A DNA stretch of 64,000 bases, taken from positions 12,710,001 through 12,774,000 of the forward strand of contig CP075495.1 of assembly GCA_021613535.1 (NCBI GenBank). The letters are read 5' to 3'. Of the stretch, positions 40,100-51,029 are shown piece by piece. The notes under the pieces are model-generated. The model was not told the DNA's origin, searched no databases, and saw nothing but the letters and a program-made list of their open reading frames with translations. The first letter of the stretch is position 1. Each line of letters begins with the position of its first letter. Made by a program: the position numbers and the translations under genes. The stretch is from Adineta vaga. Taxonomy: Eukaryota; Animalia; Rotifera.

Positions 40100-41714
40100 T
40101 TACAATTGATTATAAGATTTAATAACTTGTTCAATTTGTACAAAACCATTCAGAAATGCTTGCTCATCAATATCATATTTCATATAATGATGTAGATAAG
40201 CTTTTTGACCAAATAATTGCCAAGATTTATTTACTATTCTGTCAAGTGATGAGACAGGTGTTTGACAATTACTTATAAATGAAAGATATTTTTCATAATT
40301 CAGATAAGATTTATCACGATAACTCAATGACGTATAGTAATTTGCTGAAGAAAGAAAAGATGAATAGAAATTTGAATGATTAAAATATTGATTTAAATCA
40401 TTGCCAATATCTTCTTTATCATAGGAACGAGATAAAAAGAGATTTGCTAAAGATTTTGTTCGTGTTTGAAATGGTTTCAATGACCAATTTAATCCTTCAT
40501 CTAAATAAGAATTATTTATATACATTTGTGATAACGTTTTTACTAATGATGACCATTTATATGTACTAAAATCCATTGCTTGGTCACTTAATTGTGGAAC
40601 ACAACGAAGTGTTAATAATTTATAAAATGAATGTGGTAACAATTGTTCTAATAGATAATTAATTTCACAAATGGATTGATTTTTCTTTGCAATAGGTTGA
40701 AGAAAACTACATAAATGTCGAGTTAATATATTATTCATATCATGAATAGTTGTTGGACGATCAACACCTGAACATGAAACAAGTTTTTTTGCATATTGTT
40801 GAAGAATATCATTCTCAAAAACTAATAATGCATCAGTCGAATGATAAAGATGTGATAATGTTAATAAAGAATTGTAATTTTGTACTACAACTTCACCACT
40901 CGTGTACGGAACAACAATTGTTGTTAGAAGAAATGAACGTGGTAATTCATCACGAACACATTCAACGATATATGCACCGAGACCAGAACCTAAAGAGAAG
41001 ATTTTCTTCTTATAAAATTCGAAAATCATTTGTATTACCTGTTCCACCAGCAAGAGATAGAATTGGTAGAATAGTATCAACTCGATCAGCATGTTCCAGT
41101 TGCCATCGAAGTTTATTCAAGATACTTTCTTCTGCCAAGGAACCATTTCGATAACCACATGCCCAATTATTACCAGATCCGAGACGACCTTTTTCAAATT
41201 ATCGATAAACTATAAGAGTAGCATGAAAATTGAGACGATAGATAATTTAATGCATGCTTTCCTACGAAAAGTTGTTTTATAGATATTCAAACTCAATAAC
41301 TTTATTGAATCTCATGAAAACAAAATCTGACATTCAAGTGTATCAATAAACTAAAGATTACTTCTCCTATCTATGGGCAGGATTTTCTAGTTATTATCCA
41401 ATGCTAATAGTACCTTCAAAAACACATTTCTTTTCATACTGCCAATGTCGTTTTGCTTGAGCTTTTTCATCCATTAACTGTTCAATAACTTTAAGTTCCG
41501 TGTCGATAGCAAGTGCTCGTGCAATAAGTTTATTATCATATTGAATAAAAAATCGATCCAATGAATGACGAATATAATCATCAATAGAAGAACGATTATT
41601 AATTGTTAATTTTGTTGCATTGGAATGTGTCAGATTATCTTCAATTAATGTATCAAAAACACGTTGACCAACTTGATTTCCACATTGACCTAATTGTAAA
41701 ACAATACATGACAT
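40100..41714 (-). CDS. TUBD1: delta-tubulin, 3 exons
   Basis: MSCIVLQLGQCGNQVG, ARALAIDTELKVI, GSGNNWACGY, SLAGGTGSGLG, PYTSGEVVVQNYNSLLTLSHL, KAYLHHY...YNQL*. Confidence 0.93.
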
Positions 41715-41795
41715 CTAGAATGAACAATAACAATAAACAAAATTATTGTTTTCATCTTGTTTTATTTATTTATTTATTTCTTCTTCTTCCTCTTC

Positions 41796-42486
41796 TCAAT
41801 TATCCATCTGAAAATTTGCTAAAAAATCTTTTCCGGCAGCTTTTTCAGCTAGATAACGTTCATAAACTTTAGGAATATTTTGGAATTTTTCGATTTTTCT
41901 TTCCAATTGTCGAGCTGTTAATTGATAATCATTATGATGATCACGTGCCATGGCTTCATAGTTTGTTCCATGTTTTTCAATCATATAGATACAAAACCTA
42001 GATTTATATAAAACATAAATTTTCAGTCGATTCTCTTCGAAATAAAACATACAATCGATCTGGATCGGATATTCTCAATGATTTCACACGTTCTGTATTG
42101 GCATCTTTTTCAAGTTCATCTCGAATATGAACTTTAGTTGGTCGACGTCTTTTCGTTGTTTTCGTTGGTTCTACCGTAGGTAATATTGGTTGATTATCGT
42201 CGTCATCATCCGAATATGCTTCTTTTCGTTTATTATGTTTTTTGAGAATCTCCGGATTAATTAGATCTTTCGCATTTGGTATTGGAAATGCTTTTTTGAT
42301 ATCATGAGCAAGTGCAAATTCATGATAATTTGTTGGTACCGATAATTTTGTTTCCCAATTGGAACGTATCAATGGACAATGACGTACACGTACCTCACGT
42401 TTACGTTTTTCTTTTACCCATAATCTTTTTCGATTAATGTCATGTAGATAAACTTTACCACGTTTTCGGCGACGAGTTTGAACCAT
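41796..42486 (-). CDS. NOP16: nucleolar protein 16, 2 exons
   Basis: Basic N-terminus, CPLIRSNWETKLSVPTNYHEF, FCIYMIEKHGTNYEAMARDHHNDYQLTARQLERKI. Confidence 0.9.
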
Positions 42487-43416
42487 TTTTACTGATCTAT
42501 AATAGTAGAAAAAAAATTAGTCATAGGACAGATTCGATAACATTCACTCGAATTCGCGTGAACGTGAATGATCGTTTTATTCGGATCTGTTCTGTACCAT
42601 TATTTATATGTATGTATGTCTGTCTGTCCGTTTAGTTCTTTTCTGATTCGTTCGCATACGTATTAACAAAGTCAGTAGATGGCTCTGGCCAACGATAGAT
42701 AAGTTTGTTCACCTTCTGAAGAATGATTTCTACACAATTGGTGAATTATTTTTGTTTTTCTCAGAGTAATTGGTTCAATATAATGGAAAACAAAGGGAAT
42801 AATAGTATCCATTAAAGAATAAAGACAAACATACATCATTATATATATGTGATGCTATGCCTATAATTCGAGTTCGAATATACGAGTGATGATTTTGAAG
42901 TAGCTAACGATGTAATATTTGTAACCCATAGATATACTCGATGTTTAGCGTACAACAACTGTCTCCTTGAATCTATTTTCGCTATTATAGAATTAATATA
43001 TAAATTGACTGACTTATCGGCATTATCGTTTTTTTTGTATAGATAATGCAAAGTGAAACAAATCTATTCCTAAACAACAGCATACTTATTGATTATACGC
43101 AATGCACTAAAACGCAATTTTCCGAGAAAATAATAGATTGAAATTACTTGATAATTTCTATGATTTTTAAAATTGTACATTATACTTTTCTTTCCGTTGC
43201 AATACATCATATATTTAATTGTTGCATACATCATTGTCTACACTTTTATCAGCTGTACTATGTTATTTACGTCTTTGTGCATCGATTAAGCAGAACCGAA
43301 TTGGTTGTCGCCCATACAGTCCGATAGACATCAAAAGAAGAAAAAGATATATAAGAAAGTTGTTTTTCAGTATATGAATCTTATCATAAAATACAGAAAA
43401 ACAATCTAACTATCAC

Positions 43417-44013
43417 ATGATGTATACAATAATTTTGTTAGTCCTGATTCATCAAATCTATGGATCATCATATATTATAAAAATGAATGAAGTTGATGTA
43501 AATTGTCTTAAAGAACCAACAAAATTATCATCACTTCCAATTCAAGTTCTTGCATTTAATATTTGGAATAATCAATTATCCGTTCCTGGCACACTTGATC
43601 TTTCATTGTCAATAAATGTCACAAAAAAACTTAGCAATAATATACAATTTTCAACTAAAGTCGAAAGAAAAGTAGGACCTGCTTGGATTGATCTTCCATG
43701 TTTAGCTGGTATAGGTGCATGTGATAAACTATCATTCTGTGATCTTATTCAACAAGCATGTAAAACTAAGAGTTTTATTCGACAAAATAAACAAAATACA
43801 AAAGATCCATGTTCCTGTGATCTTGATATTGGCACATATACAATTGAACATGTTCCTATTAAGATTAAACGTAAGAAAAGTATTAAACTTATTAAACCTA
43901 TTACAACTGGACCATATCGATTTAAAATTAAACTCTTTGAACCAAAAACAAAAACAACTGTCGGCTGCGTTAATGCTTATCTTACATTATTCAAACCAAA
44001 CAAACTTACATGA
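43417..44013 (+). CDS. GM2A: secreted ML-domain lipid-binding protein, GM2-activator-like, intronless
   Basis: Signal peptide; VPGTLDLS, KVERKVGPAWIDLPCLAGIGAC...FCD, CSC, TGPYR, VGC with GM2AP-like Cys spacing. Confidence 0.8.
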   Translation: MMYTIILLVLIHQIYGSSYIIKMNEVDVNCLKEPTKLSSLPIQVLAFNIWNNQLSVPGTLDLSLSINVTKKLSNNIQFSTKVERKVGPAWIDLPCLAGIGACDKLSFCDLIQQACKTKSFIRQNKQNTKDPCSCDLDIGTYTIEHVPIKIKRKKSIKLIKPITTGPYRFKIKLFEPKTKTTVGCVNAYLTLFKPNKLT

Positions 44014-44317
44014 AAAATTTAAAGACAAAAACAAATTATATTTCATGTTTTTTTCTAAAACAGCTAATAATATTCTTCTTAAACATGTCTAATAAAATAA
44101 TTTAGTACACTAGTTTATCATTGTTCATATATTGATACTAAACAGACTTGTAATTTTCAAAACATCAAAAAGTATTATCGAGGACATGTACAGTTCGAAT
44201 TTTCATTATTATCATGGAAACATTTATTTCAAATTCGTTTTGATGAGATTATTTCAAATCAATTGATTTTATTCAGTTTACTTTCATGTGAATAGTTAAA
44301 ATGAATATAAAAAATAA

Positions 44318-45953
44318 TCAATATGCGGATCCTGAATACGGAAAGTTTTGTCGATGTGCTTGAGAAAGTAAATTAGAGATTGAAGTTGGAGCAGGAACAT
44401 TGCCAGGAGGTCGTGATGGAACACCATGCGGTGGAAAGGGAAATGTAGACTGTTGTTGAAAAGGTGCACGTGATGACATTCGATTCCATGCATTATTCAT
44501 AGGTGGCATCATTGGTGGTGATTGTGGAAGATTATGAGCTGCATAATCTGCTCTACTCCATACGTTTCCGACAGCTGGATTTGACTGATTAAAACTAGGT
44601 GGAAGATTGCGCGATGCAATGAAATTATTAACAGCTTCTCGGTTTGCCGGTGGCTGATTTATCCCTGGAGGCAGATTACGTAGAGCATAGAAATCGTTCA
44701 CGGCCTCACGATTTTGTTGGGGTTGATTGATACCAAACGGTATATGACGTGCAGCAAGAAAATTATTCGTAGCTTCTCGGTTCGATGGTGGCGGTGGCTG
44801 ATTGATGCCAGGTGGTAGATTACGTAAAGCATAGAAATCATTCACGGCTTCACGATTTTGTTGAGGTTGATTGATACCAGGTGGTAGATTACGTAAAGCG
44901 AGAAAATCATGAACTGCTTCTCGGTTTTGCATTGGTGGTGGACTGTGAACAATTCCACCAGTTGGCTGTCGCATTCTATTGAACATACTCGCAAGACGAT
45001 TCGAATTTGCATCATTCGAATTGGCTGCTCTATTCCAAGCATTGCTTACAGCATTTCTTTCCATCTGAGGAACTGGTGATGGTGAATTTCTCATTGCTTG
45101 CCAAACATTATTGACACTAGAACTATGTGGCGGTGATGGCGGTCGTCGTGGAGGAGATGGCGGTCTATTTTGTCCAGATTGCCAGTTCAGATTAGGTGCG
45201 GAAGATGATGGCGGTAAACGTTCTGAACTTGTTTTTACTTTATCCCATACTTTACCTAGTAAATTATGAATTGCTGGCGGAGCTTGTTGCGAATGACTAG
45301 GACCGGAATGATGACGAGGTCGATTATGATGATGTGATAATCGTCTATGAATGTTATCATCTTCTGAATCCGATACTTCTTGACAAATAAGTCGTCGTCG
45401 ACGACGATGTGGAGATGATTGAATTGTAACATCCATTGGTTGAGATACACCTTTTAACATAGCATGTAGAAATATACATCAATAATTTAATATAAAAATA
45501 TTCTATTACTTCTATAGTAATTATTCAAAGAATTAGACGATTGTAACGTCTTGACATCGATCCCAAACTGTTGTAGAACTGTTTCAATTGGTACATCTTC
45601 TGTTAATGCGCTCATAAATTCGTTTTTATACATTATAAATAAGAATAAAAGAACAGAAACAAACCTGGTACTTGATAGACAATTGCATTGTTACCGATAG
45701 TTGGACTTATTTGTGGAACACAGTTTAAAGTAAATGTTGGTGGTTGATAGATAACTGGATTACTAATCCCTGGTGTAATACTCTATGGAATATCAGTCTA
45801 TTTGTCATTAACCAAAAAATAGAGAAATGCAAACGTACATACCGCTAGTATAGCATCTATATCATTATTATAATATGGCGTTGCCTGTAATTGAGAACCT
45901 GAATAAGGAAATTCAAAAACTGGACCACTTGCTATCCCTGTCAGATAATTCAT
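44318..45953 (-). CDS. Pro/Asn/Gln/Ser-rich disordered protein with internal repeats, 4 exons, about 490 aa
   Basis: Exons MNYLTGIASGPVFEFPYSGSQ.../SITPGISNPV.../EDVPIETVLQQFGIDV... splice in frame into ORF 44318-45460. Confidence 0.8.
44585..44932 (-). repeat. five tandem coding repeats of about 69-75 nt (NREAVxxFxAxRNLPPGINQP)
   Basis: Visible in both the translation and the DNA. Confidence 0.9.
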
Positions 45954-46531
45954 GATGATACAAGTTACCCTTCACCTATCTGTTAAAAAAATTAACAAAT
46001 GATATTCGAATGTATGTATACTATAAGACCTTGTCTTCGTGTCTACTATAATTCGACCATGAATTGTGCAGCGTACAAGTAAGTTACCTTTTCGTTCTCA
46101 CAAGGTTATCTTTCAATAAGATAAATTGATGATAATCATATCTGTTCTAATCGATTAACTACTTCATAGCAACGAAGAAAAACTTCTACTTTCCACCAAT
46201 CATCAATTATCTGGTCGAAAGTATGATTAATAACTGTTCCATTGTTGAAGATTAAAGGAAACGATCAATTCATATGATTCATTATTTCAAAACTCGTTCC
46301 ACTTGAATAAATATTTGCAAAAGAAAAATGGCAATGAATCTTGTTCTTTAATTTATAACAAGAAGAAAAAAAGAATAACGTAGAACACAAAATAAAGAGA
46401 ATAGGAACAAAATTAAGAATGTAAATTAATTATAAAATCAGAAGAGAGGAATAAAAAAGAAAGAACTGTTTTTGTGTTATATTTTGATTTTTTTTTCTTA
46501 TGTACATACATCACTATGTAAAATAATAAAA

Positions 46532-49500
46532 TCAATTAAAAAGATCGTCGAGTTCAGAAGCAGCTGTTTTCGGACGTGTGACATTGGATGATGTAATGGA
46601 GCCTTTGATTACAGTCGAACCCGGTGGAGGCGGTGGTTGAAATAATGTTCCTGTATTAGACATCCCTGAATTAAAATATGTTGAAGACATTGATGAATTT
46701 GCGTTCATTGGTGTTGTTGATGGACTTGTTTGTGGTCGAGAAGATAATGAGTTAATATTATTTAAAAGACTTGATGTTAAATCAGTTGTTTTTGACGACG
46801 ATGTTGATGACGAAGAAAAATTCATCGGTGGTCGTATTGGTTGTTGTGCTACAGTTGGACGTATCAACGATGGCATTGTTTGTGAAGTAGTCATTCCATA
46901 GAACGGTTGAGACGGTGACGATTGTTGTGATAGATTTTGATCAAATAATGTACTTGTTAAATCTTTATAAAATGTTGATGATGATGATGTTGTTGAGGAT
47001 GCCATTGGTGTCATTGACATCAGTGGAACGTTCGAATTTGTAGTTGGTAATGATGCTAATGGTGTTTTTCGTTCAGGAACAAGTTCACCTTGCGATTTCA
47101 TACGTTGTGTTTGTTCACTTTCACGCATCATACGTTCTTTTTCTTCAAGCGTTAATGTCTGATAACAATGAATAGTTTATAAAAATAAAAAGATTAGAAA
47201 ACGATGAAAAATTTACTTTTTTGTTTATGGAAATTTCTGTTGAATTGGATTGATTTGTCGATGACGATGAAAATTGTTGTGAACGTTGTGATTTTGGACT
47301 ATCATTCGATAGATTTTGATCAAAATTATTTGATATAGGTTTGTTTTGTGAGATTTCGGAACTGAATCCATGGCCGATCATAAATTGATCCATCTTAATT
47401 AAATAAAATAGAGGAATAACAATTAGAAAAAATTAGTTTGGATTTTATTTACCAATGATGATGCATTTTGATCAAAACTAACATCGGTCGTTGTAGGTCC
47501 AATCGGAACAATTGGAGAACTAAGGAACACGCAAGAATAGAAAGAATTTGAGAAAATATGAATTTTTCTTACTTAGCTGCTTGTTGCGAAAGTTGATCCA
47601 ATTTCTTCCGTTGTTCAATTTCAACTGTTTGTAACATATCTTTAATTGTTGACATATAAGCATTAAACTACAGAATATCAAGGACATATTTCATTTTTAA
47701 GTATTAAATAGGATATGAGTGAAATAAAGTGAAGATAAAGTCTAGGAAAGACAGACACGTGTCTTAGGACTGTCAAATTATGATTAAAAATCTATGAATT
47801 TCTATTCCACAATACATTTGCAAAAGAAAAATTACCTGATTCAAATTAAGACTTGTTTCAATGGATATTGGCACTAAAAATGGTATAATCTTTGTTGCTA
47901 AGACTTCACGTGGTAGACCACCAGCTTTTGTTGATGACATAGCAACTTTAATAATACCCAAAATAGCCATAAGAACAGCAGGTTCACGTGATGGTATTGA
48001 TTGAAGTAATGGTAAAACTTCATCAATAATAATCCATTTATCTAATGATTCAACTAATTTTCCAAGACATATTAAACAATTAACACGAACCTGAAATAAG
48101 ATTATTTCAAGACGAAAATGAAACAGATTCTATTTCACTACTTACTTACACTCAATGTTATAGTTTCAAAACATATCTTTTTTATACGTGGTAAAATTGC
48201 ATATTTCATGGCTTGTAAATCAATTAAATGTGCAAAGGATGGAATGATTGATAGACAGAGTTCCTAGAAAGAATTCATCGATAGACATTCTAATCTTTTT
48301 ATATTTAAAAATTTTCATTTCATTTTACTTGAACTTGAGAGGATTCTGCATCTAATGCATTATACACAACAGGTAAAATATATTGTTTTATATCTTCTGG
48401 TGGAGTTTTTGTTAACATTAATTTCATATTGCGCATTAATATTAAAAGAGTCTACAAAACAAAATGTTCAGCATTCCAATTCTATTCTAAATAAATTTGA
48501 TTTACCTGCATAACAGCACCTGATGTACCACTTCCCTATAAAATATTAAACACTATTTGTAAAAAATCATTTCAATGATTTAAAATTTACCTGAGGAGGT
48601 TTTTGTATTTTAAATACTTGTTTCAATTTTGGAAATATATATTTTTGATATTCTTCATTACTTGCTTTTTCCTAAATAAATATCAATATAGGTGTATCTG
48701 TGATTCTTTCTTCTTCGTTCTAGGTATTAGTAGTAACATACAGCGATAAGAAACATATTTGGAAGAACAAATGGAACCATTTCAGGATTAATAAATTCCA
48801 ATTCCAAAGCTGAAGTAATACGTTGTAAGTTCACACGCTATGAAAAAGAGATTAACAACATTAAAAAATCTATCTAATCTTATTTACCATGGGTAATTTA
48901 TCAACCACTTGTGGAAGGCTTTTGTAAAACATTGATCGTTGAATATTATCGACTTGAAATAATGAATCAAGATATTCTAATGTTTTTGTGCCAACATCTT
49001 GAAAAAAAGGTATCTAAATAGATCGAGAGAAAAAAAGCAAGATGTTCAAATAGATTTCTTTTTTATTCAATCAATCTTTATTCTACCTTTGAAAATTGAC
49101 TAGCATCTGGTCTCAATTCTGGTTTTATACTAAGTAACATTTTGACATGATCACGAACTTCCATTGGTAAAGCAGATAATTTTGTTGTATTAAGTGTTTT
49201 GAGATCATCAGACATTTTCATAAATGAAGAATAACTGTCATGACATTCATATAATGTTCTACCATGGTTGTACAATGCATAGATAAGTACACCAAGAGAA
49301 AACATATCTGATTGAGTATCATAAGTTTTAAGTGTTCCATACTCTGGTGCCATGTAATCAAGTCGTGGATTGAGTATTGGTGGAATATTTCCATCATAAT
49401 CTCGAAATGGATAGGTTGTCTAGAAAAATACGAACGAAAATCAATCTTTTGTTTTTATCAATATAGCAAGAAAAGTATAAACTACGTTACCCCATCTGCT

Positions 49501-50376
49501 GAACCAGATAGAGACAATTCAAAACCAATTAATTTCCATGCACCATTCGAATTAATAATAATGGATTCAGGTGATATATTTCGATGGAATAATTTTACTT
49601 CATTATGTAAAAATGCTAGTCCTTCACAAAGCTATAGAAGAAAAGATGAGTAAATTATGAATGATATTGTCTTTTTCTCTCTTATAACAAATCGTACTTG
49701 AACAATACCATAACGCATTTCAACATCGAAAAGTTTATAATCTTCGAATTCTTTTGGTATCGGTTGAGCCATATTATCATAGGAACCAAGACAATTAGCA
49801 AGACTAGCAAAACAAGATTCAGTAGCAAATGCTAGACTATCACTAAACGTAAACGAATGATTATGTCTGAATGATTTACAATGTTTACAAACCGAGATTC
49901 TTCCAATGGATGTTGAAGACTTAATACACGTGGATGTTTGATTTTTGCTAGTTGTTGAACACCTTTTTTCATTGCTTCAAGAATTAATTCACGATCTTTT
50001 TTCGGATATTTATCTAATAGACGTTTTTCTAAAACGAATACTGCAGCTTCCTAAATCATCGAATTTCATCAATTCATAATAAATTATTTATTATCTCAAC
50101 GAACTTGTTTTGTAGTACGTTTAATAGCGCCATAGATCCTCCATAGAAGACCAGGACCAGCAGATCCAAGTGATCGAACAAGCTAGAAAATATAGAATCT
50201 TTGTTTCTTCATGATTTATTCGAACAATTATATACTTCAAATTCACGTGTCACTATATTTCCTGGTAAAACATCTTTAAACATTTTCTGACTTCCATGAG
50301 CTGTATCAACCATCGATTTAACAACGACATTTTTTACTTGATCACCATACGTTTTAAGCTTTTCCAAATACTCCAT
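46532..50376 (-). CDS. SCYL2: SCY1-like pseudokinase 2 (CVAK104), many exons
   Basis: LPGNSVTREFE, GSAGPGLLWRIY, HPRVLSLQHPLEESRDSLAFATE, LHRNISPESIIINSNGAWKLIGFE, YMAPEY, HEAT repeats, low-complexity tail ending DDLFN*. Confidence 0.95.
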
Positions 50377-51029
50377 AATCAATCAAGAATGACGTTTTGA
50401 TGATGATAATGTTTGAAAATAAAACTGACAAGAAAAAATGAATCAAATGAAATGAAGATGATACTTTCTGATTGGTAAAGACCAAGCGCCATCTATTAAT
50501 GATTAGTTTCTATCCTTGATCGGAAAAATGATTTTGAAGGACGAGATATACTTGATAAGTTAATGTTAAAAATAGTAAGTTTTTTCTTAGATTTTAACTA
50601 CTTCAAATCTCTACGAATAGTAGGAAAATGAAGTCAATTTTCTATTGGTTTATTCTCGTTTCGCGTCGTCGTTCGGTTGTTTGTTTGCTTGTTTACTAGA
50701 ACTTCTTATTTAGTTACTCAATCATTTATAAAATCGTTTTCGAAGCAAAAGTCTATTTCCTAATTTTTAATAATTAAATATTATCAAAAGAAAATGTTCA
50801 ATATTCAATTTATTAATTAGATTTTGGATTGTTCTAGAAATAGTTATTGAAATCTCTCATTTTAATTACATCATAAAAAAGAAATTCGTTGTCATATCAC
50901 GTGTTCTGATTTCCTTTTTCTATGGTTTTTTTCTTATAAATATAGAGGAAAAAACGAATATTAGTCATCTTCTATGTTTTTATTTTAGTCATGATTTTTT
51001 CTCTATAATAAATAATCAATAAATTAGAA
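50377..51029. promoter_or_regulatory. divergent promoter region SCYL2/YTHDF
   Basis: Head-to-head genes about 650 bp apart; ctgattgg near 50468, agcgccatcta at 50485-50495, ctattgg near 50642. Confidence 0.55.

Noticed and set aside
41714-42052. NOP16 exon 1 cis-spliced to the TUBD1 acceptor as a fusion protein
   Set aside because: The phase-2 donor joined to the ATG is out of frame and reaches a stop within 8 codons.
44585-44932. CRISPR-like repeat array
   Set aside because: The repeats are in-frame coding units with synonymous variation and no unique spacers, in a eukaryotic context with no cas genes.
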